From Promethearchaeota archaeon (GTDB taxonomy: Archaea; Asgardarchaeota; Lokiarchaeia; Sigyniarchaeales; SOKP01), in assembly GCA_048940445.1 (NCBI GenBank), contig JBHLON010000014.1:1-64000 (forward strand): DNA of 64,000 bases, read 5' to 3'. Below the pieces are notes generated by a model. The model was not told the origin of the DNA. It made no database searches and saw only the letters and a program-made list of their open reading frames with translations. Position numbers and translations under genes: made by a program. This document shows positions 20,504 through 29,617 of this stretch, piece by piece (within the stretch, counting starts at the first letter, position 1; each line of letters starts with the position of its first letter).

Positions 20504-21520
20504 ATGTTAAAACCTCCTCAAATTTTATTTACCGGAGAAAATGGAGTTGGTAAAACCACTATCTTGAATTTATTTCCAGAAGATATTATTTTAGAATTAG
20601 ATGATAACTTTAATGAAATTTTTCAAAAGCAAGTTAATATTACTGGAACCAGAGGTATAGAACATTGTATTTTAAGAGAAATTGATTTAAGAGAATTAGT
20701 AGACAATTTTTTTTCTTTTCAAAAACTTTTACATACTATTGATATCATTCTCATTGTTACTGATTCAACTGAGCGAAATGTTAAATATACTTATGATTTA
20801 TTTTCTGAATTGAAATACAAATTACCTAAAATTGATTTTTACATAATTGCTAATTTTCAAGACAGAAAGTCAATCTCAATGCCCATAGAAAAAATGGAAT
20901 ATACATTAAAAGAGAAAGTTTTTGGATATTCAGCGATCCAAGAGGATTCAAAAGATTGTATAACTGAAATTATTAAAGAGATTTTAGAAATTTCTATTAT
21001 TAAAAAGCAAGGAAAAAAGCCTTCATTTGATAAAATTGATTACAATATAATTTGGTCAGACATAGAAGAAGCAAGATTGTTGGAAAAGAAAGGAGATCAT
21101 TATACAGCATCAAAAAAATTCTCAATTGCTGGATCTAAATTTAAAATACTAAATTCAAATGAAGAAAAAGAAGAATTCAAAGCATTATACAATTTGTGTA
21201 AAGCTTGGGAGTGTATAGAATTAGCTGAAGAATATGAAAATATTTCGAAGTTTGCTGAAGCTGTGAAATTTTTTGATCAAGCAATTGAATCTCTTTCTGA
21301 TGAGAAATTGAAATTATTAGTATCAGCTAATTTAATGCATTGTGAAGCTTTAAAATTAGGAATGGAGTCAGATATATCAGATCAACTGCATATTAAAGAA
21401 AGATTATATATAGAAATAATCGATTTAATTAACAAAGCAGTTAATTTATATAAAAGAGGAGGTTTTGAAAAAGAAGCAGAGTTTGCTTTAACTACCTTGA
21501 ATAAATTAAAGAGCCTTTAA
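20504..21520 (+). CDS. Divergent small (Arf/Rab-like) GTPase fused to helical repeat domain
   Basis: P-loop GENGVGKT, VTDS, G4-like ANFQD, G5-like YSA; no DxxG; TPR-like C-half. Confidence 0.7.
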   Translation: MLKPPQILFTGENGVGKTTILNLFPEDIILELDDNFNEIFQKQVNITGTRGIEHCILREIDLRELVDNFFSFQKLLHTIDIILIVTDSTERNVKYTYDLFSELKYKLPKIDFYIIANFQDRKSISMPIEKMEYTLKEKVFGYSAIQEDSKDCITEIIKEILEISIIKKQGKKPSFDKIDYNIIWSDIEEARLLEKKGDHYTASKKFSIAGSKFKILNSNEEKEEFKALYNLCKAWECIELAEEYENISKFAEAVKFFDQAIESLSDEKLKLLVSANLMHCEALKLGMESDISDQLHIKERLYIEIIDLINKAVNLYKRGGFEKEAEFALTTLNKLKSL

Positions 21521-21573
21521 TTGAGTAAAATTAAAATTTTAGTAAAATATCTTAAAACATTACAAGGATAAAA

Positions 21574-22068
21574 TTGACATTATTCGAAAAAGATTTTCTA
21601 TTTCCAGTATACATAGATAAAAATACTTTAAATCATATTGATGAATTATGCAAAAATTCTGATAGAGAAATTTTTGGCTATTTAATTGGTTTAATTTTAA
21701 AATGGAGAAAGAATAAATATATTGTTATAAAAGAACAGATTTATATTAAAAATACAGTTAGAAGTAATAAATTTAATACATCTCAAATTGAAGGAACTGC
21801 AGGAAAATATGAACAGGAATTTCAAAAGTTGAAATATGATATGGGGAACGAGAATTTACAAGTTATAGGATGGTGGCATTCTCATATCAATCTAGGTTGC
21901 TTCTTATCATTAACTGACATTCACACACAAGAATATTTTTTTCCCGAATCTTACCAAGTTGCTTTAGTAGTTGATCCCATTCGAGAGGAATTCAAATTTT
22001 TTACATTAGATAAAGGCTCAAAAAAGAAATACAAAACGCTAAGTTATGCTATTATATCTTCAACTTAA
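21574..22068 (+). CDS. JAB/MPN+ (JAMM) deubiquitinase
   Basis: REIFGYLIG ... VIGWWHSH....FLS.TD, ALVVDP: intact JAMM motif. Confidence 0.92.
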   Translation: MTLFEKDFLFPVYIDKNTLNHIDELCKNSDREIFGYLIGLILKWRKNKYIVIKEQIYIKNTVRSNKFNTSQIEGTAGKYEQEFQKLKYDMGNENLQVIGWWHSHINLGCFLSLTDIHTQEYFFPESYQVALVVDPIREEFKFFTLDKGSKKKYKTLSYAIISST

Positions 22069-22085
22069 CAATTTAGTTTATATCT

Positions 22086-22967
22086 ATGAGTAAGAAAGAA
22101 AATAAAGGAATTAAAGTGATTGGAACTGATTCCATAGATTCAGATAGATTCGATCGCCAAAAGAGAATTATTGGTTGGGATCAAACTACTATTTCTAATG
22201 CGACAATCATGGTAATTGGTGCTGGAGCTACTGGAAATGAAGTTGTAAAAAACTTAGCTTTAGTTGGAGTTGGAAAAATATTTTTAATTGATTTTGATTT
22301 CATTCAAACTTCAAATTTAAGTCGTTGTGTGTTGTTTAACCCTAAAGCAGCAAAAGATAGAGAATACAAAGCAGATGTTATTAAAGATGTATGCAGAGAC
22401 TTAAATCCTGATGTTGAGGTTGTTTCAATTAAAAAAGACTTAAATTCAATAGATAAAACCCTTTATAGCAAGTGTAATGTAATATGCTCTTGCTTAGACA
22501 ATCTTGAAGCACGAATTGAAGCTAACAATTATGCATACTATAATCGAATTCCTTTTGTTGATTCTGGGATTGACGAATTTTTTGGTTCCGTTCAAGCAGT
22601 ATATTCAGAAGTTGAAAATTCAGCTTGTTTGCAATGTGGTATATCAGAAAAAGATTTGGATTTAATGTGGAAAAAATTTTCTTGTACTGGAGAGGAAATA
22701 AAGTCTGAAGAAGGTGAAACCACAAGAAAAATAGCAACAATCGTAACAACTACTTCAATAATAAGCGGTATTCAATCTCAGCAGGTTCTAAAATTTTTAC
22801 TTGGAATGAATTATTATAAGGAAGATAAGAAATGGAATCCTTATATTGGAGAACCCTTAGTTGGAAAACAATTAATTTATAATGGTCTAACAAACAGTTT
22901 CAGCATTATTGATAAACTAAAAGATCCAAAGTGTTGGACTTGCTCATATAAAAAATTTAAGATTTAA
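22086..22967 (+). CDS. Ubiquitin-activating E1 enzyme (ThiF/UBA-like)
   Basis: RFDRQ, GAGATG, D.DFI..SNLSR, CLDN.EAR, CLQC, catalytic-position FSCT, C-terminal CWTC. Confidence 0.92.
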   Translation: MSKKENKGIKVIGTDSIDSDRFDRQKRIIGWDQTTISNATIMVIGAGATGNEVVKNLALVGVGKIFLIDFDFIQTSNLSRCVLFNPKAAKDREYKADVIKDVCRDLNPDVEVVSIKKDLNSIDKTLYSKCNVICSCLDNLEARIEANNYAYYNRIPFVDSGIDEFFGSVQAVYSEVENSACLQCGISEKDLDLMWKKFSCTGEEIKSEEGETTRKIATIVTTTSIISGIQSQQVLKFLLGMNYYKEDKKWNPYIGEPLVGKQLIYNGLTNSFSIIDKLKDPKCWTCSYKKFKI

Positions 22968-22984
22968 ATTAAGAGGACATATAG

Positions 22985-23503
22985 ATGCCAGAATTACCTT
23001 TTGAGATATGGAAAGAAAGAGTAAATAATGAGATAAAGATTCTAAGTACCATTAACCTTGTTGAAAATAAATCTATAGCATGGTATGATAATAGTGTAGA
23101 ATTATGGATTAATTTAAGTGCCTTTGGATTTATTAAAGGAGAAAGTGAAGGAGGTATCAATGTAAAGCCTCAGATGAATCACCGAATTCTCATTAAAATA
23201 AATAGATCCTTTCCATATCCTGGAGGGATTGATTTTGCTTGGTATTCAAATATATTTCATCCAAATATTCATCCCATTGAGTTAGAAGGATTGAAAAGGA
23301 TAGGGACCGGTTATATATGTTTAAATATTTTAAGGCAATGGACAAAATTATCAGATTTGGAAACTACAGTAAAGTCTCTAGAAAAATTAGTAGAGAATCC
23401 CAATCCAGAGGACCCCCTCCAATATGATATTTGTATCGAAGCAGCTGAATTTTTTAAAAGAAATTCAATCCAAAAACTTAAAAAAATTTACAACGTGAAA
23501 TAA
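22985..23503 (+). CDS. Ubiquitin-conjugating E2 enzyme
   Basis: FPYP, IFHPNI, GYICLNIL..W, L..PNPEDP. Confidence 0.92.
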   Translation: MPELPFEIWKERVNNEIKILSTINLVENKSIAWYDNSVELWINLSAFGFIKGESEGGINVKPQMNHRILIKINRSFPYPGGIDFAWYSNIFHPNIHPIELEGLKRIGTGYICLNILRQWTKLSDLETTVKSLEKLVENPNPEDPLQYDICIEAAEFFKRNSIQKLKKIYNVK

Positions 23504-23529
23504 GATGAGCCTATATATGTTAAATAAGA

Positions 23530-23784
23530 TTAACCTCCTATAACTTTTGTCCATAACATTAAAATATCATACTCTTTTAGCCCAAATTTGTGTATTGCCT
23601 CCTTAATTGATATCGTATTTGGCAATTCCTTTTCTTTGTACACTAAAGCATAAGAACGTTGTTCTGAGCTTATAAACCCCATATGTTTGACAACAATTTC
23701 TATAATCCGTTCTATTATATGGTGTTCCTTTACATCTAACTTTATTCTTTTGCCCGTTCTGGTATCTTCTATTGATAATTTCAT
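23530..23784 (-). CDS. Ubiquitin-like protein, mature C-terminal GG
   Basis: 84 aa, beta-grasp-like pattern, ends VIGG-stop, convergent with E2. Confidence 0.88.
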   Translation of the reverse strand: MKLSIEDTRTGKRIKLDVKEHHIIERIIEIVVKHMGFISSEQRSYALVYKEKELPNTISIKEAIHKFGLKEYDILMLWTKVIGG

Positions 23785-23848
23785 TTTTATTCTGATTTTT
23801 CTTTTAAAGACAAATAAATTTATTCAACTAATAATTTTTAGTTTTGAG

Positions 23849-23873
23849 TTCGAAACTTTTCACAAAGTTCGAA
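23849..23873. promoter_or_regulatory. Palindromic operator copy upstream of the ubiquitin gene
   Basis: Minus strand reads TTCGAACTTT-GTGAA-AAGTTTCGAA then ctcaaaactaaaaat. Confidence 0.75.
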
Positions 23874-23880
23874 TTAGTTA

Positions 23881-25176
23881 TTATTCTTGTTCTTTCAACT
23901 TTTTATTAATTTCATCCAATATCTTATATTTTGGAAAATCTTTTAGAATTGAAGTTAAAATGGTTTTTTCTCTTTTAATTCTGTCATAATCCTCTAATTT
24001 TAGGTTAATTATATTTTGAAAAGCTAAACCCTTAAACTTATCTACTAAATCATCTGAAATTGTTTCTTTTTGATATTTCCCAAATAAGAAATTGATGTAA
24101 TCAGGTAGAAATTTCTTTAGAGGTGATTTTATATTTCTATCAAATAGTTTATCAGAAATGTCATTTAAAATATTGTCTAATAAATCTACGGTTTGTGAAT
24201 TTCTTTCTTCTTTAGAGATGTCAGGTTGTAATCTTTTGAGATAACTAAACTTTAGAATGTTCTCATCTATAATTAAATGCAGCATTTTATCAATTTTGTC
24301 ATCTTCTCGAAAACAATATACCATCTCATCATTAAATCTTAAATTGAAAAATTTTGAACCATATAAATTCTCTTCAGTAATCTTTTGCACACAAAAAGTA
24401 AGTGTAGCTAGCTTAATATTATATTTAAGAGCGAAATTTTCTTGTGAAATATATTCTGGATATCGACTTGGATGATTTATAGAAAGAAACAATAATATTT
24501 TATAAAAATCTTCTTTTGATGGGAGTATATTCTCAATGACGCTATAATTAAAATGATTAATTAAATCAAGAAGTAAAATTTCTATTAGGTTATCTTCGAT
24601 ATCCTGCTCCTTAAGAAACTTTCTGGCATTTTCTTTGATACTTTCTATCTTATCTATCTCTTCTTCTAAAATTGATTGATAATCTAATTGATATTTTTTC
24701 AGCATTTTATTATATCGTTCCTCACCGACCTTAGTGATTCTGTATTCCATATTTTCGCTATCGACAAAACCTTTTTTCATTAAAAGATTTAAATATTTTG
24801 ATAGAGAATTATGATTGAGAGAAAGAGGCTTTTCAATAAAATCTGACCACTTTAAATAGTCGTTATTAAATAACATCCACAAGATGATATGAACATAATT
24901 TCTCTTGTTCAAAATGATCTCTGGAGGATATCTTAATTTTCTCTCAAATGAGTCTTTAAATTTCAAATCTATATATCTTTTCTTACCTTCAGTAGTAGCT
25001 ACATAAACTCCTTTACTCTTTTTCCCAACATAGCCGTTTGAAATTAATAATTTCATATATTTAGACAATGTAGCTAGGCTGATTTCTAGTGGCTTATCTA
25101 AAAAGACAGACCAATTACACTCCTCATTATTATTTAGCATCCAGAGGATTATATATTCAAAATCTTTCTTCTCCAT
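23881..25176 (-). CDS. Tandem winged-HTH transcriptional regulator
   Basis: Two repeats of IILWML.NN....WS.F..KPL.....LSKY...L...G.V......Y..T..G; the true start is probably upstream of 25176. Confidence 0.75.
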   Translation of the reverse strand: MEKKDFEYIILWMLNNNEECNWSVFLDKPLEISLATLSKYMKLLISNGYVGKKSKGVYVATTEGKKRYIDLKFKDSFERKLRYPPEIILNKRNYVHIILWMLFNNDYLKWSDFIEKPLSLNHNSLSKYLNLLMKKGFVDSENMEYRITKVGEERYNKMLKKYQLDYQSILEEEIDKIESIKENARKFLKEQDIEDNLIEILLLDLINHFNYSVIENILPSKEDFYKILLFLSINHPSRYPEYISQENFALKYNIKLATLTFCVQKITEENLYGSKFFNLRFNDEMVYCFREDDKIDKMLHLIIDENILKFSYLKRLQPDISKEERNSQTVDLLDNILNDISDKLFDRNIKSPLKKFLPDYINFLFGKYQKETISDDLVDKFKGLAFQNIINLKLEDYDRIKREKTILTSILKDFPKYKILDEINKKLKEQE

Positions 25177-25385
25177 GCCTGATGGGTTAATTAAATCTTC
25201 TGGAGGATAATTGATTTTTTTAGCACAGATTTTATTAATACACCTATTATTATTTCTTTATTTTAATTTTCAATTAAATTTTGAGTAATCTCGCTCATAT
25301 ATAAGATATAACAAATATGTTTAAAAAATTTCATTTAAAAATAAAAATCCTCATATTTAATATTTTTTATTTAAATAACTCAAAC

Positions 25386-25410
25386 TTCGGATTATATGCA
25401 AAATTCCGAA
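25386..25410. promoter_or_regulatory. Palindromic operator copy (degenerate)
   Basis: TTCGGATTAT-ATGCA-AAATTCCGAA. Confidence 0.55.
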
Positions 25411-25439
25411 CTGTTTCTTGGAATAATAAGTGGAAGATA

Positions 25440-25464
25440 TTCTAAGTTCGCTAAAGGTTTCGAA
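25440..25464. promoter_or_regulatory. Palindromic operator copy
   Basis: TTCTAAGTTC-GCTAA-AGGTTTCGAA then cttaaatctaaaaat. Confidence 0.7.
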
Positions 25465-25555
25465 CTTAAATCTAAAAATAAAGATTAAGCATAATAACCA
25501 ATTGACACAAATTTGCCAAAAAAGAAAAATAAATAACAAAAAAGGATGAAAAAAA

Positions 25556-26326
25556 ATGAATAGAAATAACCTATCTAAATTGATTCTCTTAACCTTTCTG
25601 ATGTTCGCTATTTTCAGTTTTATACCAGTAGTTGCAGCAAGCTCAGGTAATGTAACCAAAAGACCATTAGATGATTGGTTAGATCCGAATTACGCTGCTT
25701 TCCCGTGGGGCGAAAAAAATTGGGCTTTTTATGACTTTTGGAGCCCTTATTCTGGTTTAGTGACGAAGATGGGGTTACCTTGGCCTTTGGCTGGCTTCTA
25801 CCCATTCGTTAACGACATGATATACGAAAATAGTTTAGTAATAGGAGATACTATAATTGATGGTAATATTAAAGAACGAGCATTAAACGATGGAACTGCT
25901 TTAATAACCCTGCAATTAAATGTGAAAAACGCTCCATGTTCAGTGTATGATTACTTCGATTTTATTCTTTACTGTCTTGGGGCTGCTCCTTACCCTCAAG
26001 CTGTATTGGGAGATGGAATTGATGGGTATATCGATTATACCGTGTTAGTTAAATTTTATATCCCTGAACCTGGAGCAGAGTTACCAAATGTATTTGATAT
26101 GTGGTATTATTATGTCTCGATTAATATTCACGGTATTGGTTATGGAACATTAACAGAACGTGCAGTTGAGCTCGGTTTTGCCGAAACTGCTGGTGCACCC
26201 GGAATGGTAGAACTTCATCACATAGCCCTTTTTAAGCCTGATTTCAAAGAAACTCATCCTAAATATGATCCATTTTATGGTGATTTATGGCCAGTTGACT
26301 CCGTTGAAGTTTATGAATTGAGTTAG
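25556..26326 (+). CDS. Secreted hypothetical protein (paralog of 29618-30415)
   Basis: Signal peptide; KRPLDDW, NVKNAP and K.DFK..HP.Y shared with the paralog. Confidence 0.8.
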   Translation: MNRNNLSKLILLTFLMFAIFSFIPVVAASSGNVTKRPLDDWLDPNYAAFPWGEKNWAFYDFWSPYSGLVTKMGLPWPLAGFYPFVNDMIYENSLVIGDTIIDGNIKERALNDGTALITLQLNVKNAPCSVYDYFDFILYCLGAAPYPQAVLGDGIDGYIDYTVLVKFYIPEPGAELPNVFDMWYYYVSINIHGIGYGTLTERAVELGFAETAGAPGMVELHHIALFKPDFKETHPKYDPFYGDLWPVDSVEVYELS

Positions 26327-26380
26327 AAGCAGATTAATGGAGAGAAATACCAAGTGAGGGTTGAAATTTTTAAATAATAA

Positions 26381-26468
26381 TATAGAACAAGGAGGAAAAA
26401 GATTAGAATAATGGCTTCTCGAATGACCACATCCAAACCGCTATTCCTCCATTCTTTTTTTTTTTTTT
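26381..26468 (+). terminator. Conserved GGAGGA/TCCTCC hairpin plus poly-T
   Basis: tatagaacaaGGAGGA...ttCCTCCattct then a long T run. Confidence 0.6.
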
Positions 26469-26603
26469 AAAATATTCTTTTTAATTTTTGCTTCTTTTTA
26501 GATTCTGATAAAATTATATCTTAAATCTGATTATCATAGACAGAAAAGTTTAAAAATAGAATCAACCAATCTTCAAGTTATACATAAATGTGAATTCTAT
26601 TAA

Positions 26604-28313
26604 ATGATTAAAATGATAGAAAAAGCTTCTTCTAAAAAAAGATTTCCTAATATCAAAGAATTCAAGAAAATAATCATAGTTGGAGGGTCAATAATAAGCT
26701 TAGCGATAGTTGGGATTATAAGTGGAATTATTATTATGGGAGAGATCCCGCAAGGAGGTATTCTTAAAGTAGGTATAACTAAACCTATTGGAGAAATTGA
26801 CCCTCTTATGTATAGCTTTTCTTCAGAAGAAATAGTAATTAATCATGTTACCGAGACGTTATTTGATAATATTTATATAGGTGGTAAATCTCAAACTCTT
26901 CCTCATCTAGCATTAGATGGAAATTGGAGTTCGGACTACCTAAATTTCACATGCACACTTAGAAAGAATGTCATGTTCCATGACGGAACGCCATTTAATG
27001 CTGCAGCTGTTAAATGGAACTTCGATAGAATTACTCAAATTATCGATTCATCACTTCTATCTTGGTATTTGTGGGGTTACCTATTTTTTTTACCAGATGG
27101 GCGCTGGATTGTAAATAAAACTCTAGTCTTAGATTCCCATATTGTAAAATTTGTTTTAAATGATGTTTTTGTACCTTTTCGAGAATTATTAACTCATAGT
27201 ACTACAAGTATTTTATCACCATCATCAACCCCTGCGGATAAACCCCTAAATACACACATTGATAATTTAGTTGGAACCGGTCCTTTTATATATGATGGTT
27301 ATGAACCTAATGTCAATATGTCATTATCTCCTAATCAGGATTACTGGGGAACAAAACCTGAAATTGATAAGGTAATTTTAAAGTTTTATTCTCCAACTAA
27401 TGATACTAATCGTATTAACATTTTATGGAATGCGCTTTTAGCAGGAGAAATTCATATAGTAGACCGGGACTTTATTAAATTTTTAATAAGGTTCTATCCA
27501 GAAAGATCTATCGAACTCCTTAAAGGTGTTGCAGGAATTACAGTTCAACAAAAGCCTACTATAAGCTATTTTTATGTTTTTTTTTATCCTAAACTTATTA
27601 ATAGTACAATGAGAAAGGCAATATCTTATGCAATTAACTATTCTAATATCCTTGAAATAGTTCCTAACTCTATAACAGCCAGATCCCCAATTCCAGAAGG
27701 TATCCCTTACTCTAACATTACTGGTATTGACATTCCTTATTATAACATTTCAAAAGCAAGACAAATGTTAATTGACGAAGGTTGGCCTGGAACAGCGGGT
27801 TTAACGGCAAATGACAATATTACAGCAGGAAACGAATGGGAACAATTAGTAACTAATGGATTCCCTCTTGCTATATATAATTTATCTTATTATCCAGGGA
27901 ATCCATACAATGAATTACCACCAATTCCTTTTCCAGAAAATCTTAAACAACTTGGAGTCAATGTATCATGTCAACCAATTTGGAGTGGTGCTCCGTCTCA
28001 ACTTGAAACATTAATGTGGATGTATGACTATAACGATCCACACACTGGTATGCTTGATTATCATTCAAAATGGACTTTATGGACCGACTTTAATGTTAGT
28101 GTATTAGATGAATTGATAGAAGAAGGAATTAAGGAGACAAATCCTGTTTTAAGAGAAGCGATATACTATAATATTCAAAAACTTATAATCGAGGAAATTT
28201 GTCCTGTTATATTTACTCTCTCTCCACGAAATTTAGATATATATGCATCAAATTTAATAGGTTGGCAAATTTATCCATTCAAAATAGTATTTAAAACAGT
28301 TTATTTCGTCTAA
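26604..28313 (+). CDS. Family-5 solute-binding protein, copy 3
   Basis: FHDGTPFNAAAVKWNFDR, GTGPF, RKAISYA, LTANDNITAGNEWE. Confidence 0.9.
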   Translation: MIKMIEKASSKKRFPNIKEFKKIIIVGGSIISLAIVGIISGIIIMGEIPQGGILKVGITKPIGEIDPLMYSFSSEEIVINHVTETLFDNIYIGGKSQTLPHLALDGNWSSDYLNFTCTLRKNVMFHDGTPFNAAAVKWNFDRITQIIDSSLLSWYLWGYLFFLPDGRWIVNKTLVLDSHIVKFVLNDVFVPFRELLTHSTTSILSPSSTPADKPLNTHIDNLVGTGPFIYDGYEPNVNMSLSPNQDYWGTKPEIDKVILKFYSPTNDTNRINILWNALLAGEIHIVDRDFIKFLIRFYPERSIELLKGVAGITVQQKPTISYFYVFFYPKLINSTMRKAISYAINYSNILEIVPNSITARSPIPEGIPYSNITGIDIPYYNISKARQMLIDEGWPGTAGLTANDNITAGNEWEQLVTNGFPLAIYNLSYYPGNPYNELPPIPFPENLKQLGVNVSCQPIWSGAPSQLETLMWMYDYNDPHTGMLDYHSKWTLWTDFNVSVLDELIEEGIKETNPVLREAIYYNIQKLIIEEICPVIFTLSPRNLDIYASNLIGWQIYPFKIVFKTVYFV

Positions 28314-28374
28314 TATATGCCATGCACATTGGTCTAAAAAACCATAAACAAATTAAAAAATTTTTAACATGATT

Positions 28375-29427
28375 TTATTCAAATAATGAGGGTATACTTG
28401 TCAGATCCATGTCAAAATCTCCCTCTAGGATTTCAAACCTGATATTGTAATAGTACTTAACAATGTTTGCTAGTAAATCATCTGATGTAAAATAAAAAAT
28501 GCCCTCATATGTAGTTTGTGCAATACGATTGAAATCAAAACCATCTACAAGCGTACATATGAGACCAGGAACCTGCAATAAACAAGTAGGAAATCCACTT
28601 TTATCCATGAATTCTCCTCCGTAGGGAATTTCAAGCATTGCACCAATATCAGCGCTGTTATCCTTATAGTAAATAAAAATATCTCCTTTATTAACTTTGA
28701 ATATCCCTGTTGTGTTAGCACCAATATCTCTATATTGAAAAACTTCAATGTCTATATTACCCTCTCTAGTGTTTATGTCCCAACTACTATTTTGAGCATA
28801 TTGCACATCATTTGACTTGAAAATCAAATTTCCATTATTTATAGTTCCAATTATGTTTCCTTGAATTGAACAGTGCTCAAAATTGTACAAAATATTTCCA
28901 TTGGAGACGTTTGTTAATAAATCTCTAAAGGAAACGCCATAAGGAATAGTTATTTCAAAGTTTCCTTTAGTTAGATTGGTAATAATATCAAATACAATAT
29001 CTTTTCTAATATTTACAACAATACTTATTTCTTTCTTTAACCAATATAGTGGATTAAACCAATCATCCGATATAATTTTCAATTTAAGATTTATCTGAGA
29101 ACTTGAGTTGTTCCATGAAATGTTCAAATAATCATCAAATGATTTACCAACTAAGTTTTCTCCAATTAAAGCAATATTTACGTCTATTAATACAAAATAA
29201 TCAACTGGTGGATTAATATATCTTATTTCTATATTACCCTCATCAGCATCAATATATAACTTTTCAATAGATGATGGTGAGCTTGGTTCATATATAAAAG
29301 AACGAGATTCGTTAATATGGTCATACAATGAGGATCTGAATGAAAGTAATTGGATTGGAATAATTATCATAAGAGAACCCCATAAAATAACCAATATAAC
29401 TACTCCAACTATACTTTTTTTCGCCAT
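28375..29427 (-). CDS. Membrane-anchored beta-solenoid protein, partner copy 3
   Basis: YEPSSPS, PV.YF..IDVNI...G..L.GKS..DY, IPYGVS, GNI repeats. Confidence 0.65.
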   Translation of the reverse strand: MAKKSIVGVVILVILWGSLMIIIPIQLLSFRSSLYDHINESRSFIYEPSSPSSIEKLYIDADEGNIEIRYINPPVDYFVLIDVNIALIGENLVGKSFDDYLNISWNNSSSQINLKLKIISDDWFNPLYWLKKEISIVVNIRKDIVFDIITNLTKGNFEITIPYGVSFRDLLTNVSNGNILYNFEHCSIQGNIIGTINNGNLIFKSNDVQYAQNSSWDINTREGNIDIEVFQYRDIGANTTGIFKVNKGDIFIYYKDNSADIGAMLEIPYGGEFMDKSGFPTCLLQVPGLICTLVDGFDFNRIAQTTYEGIFYFTSDDLLANIVKYYYNIRFEILEGDFDMDLTSIPSLFE

Positions 29428-29523
29428 CTTTGATTCTATTGATTATCAACTATAAAAGATCTACAATCATTTAGATAAGATAAGGGTTTATTTAAATTGA
29501 TTCTTCTTTGGCAAAATCCAAAA

Positions 29524-29548
29524 TTCGAACTTTGCGCGAAGTTTCAAA
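29524..29548. promoter_or_regulatory. Palindromic operator copy
   Basis: TTCGAACTTT-GCGCG-AAGTTTCAAA then gtcaaatctaaaaat. Confidence 0.75.
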
Positions 29549-29617
29549 GTCAAATCTAAAAATAAGATTTTAGACCAAATATCAATCACAGCAATTTAAA
29601 AAAAAAGTGAAATCTAA

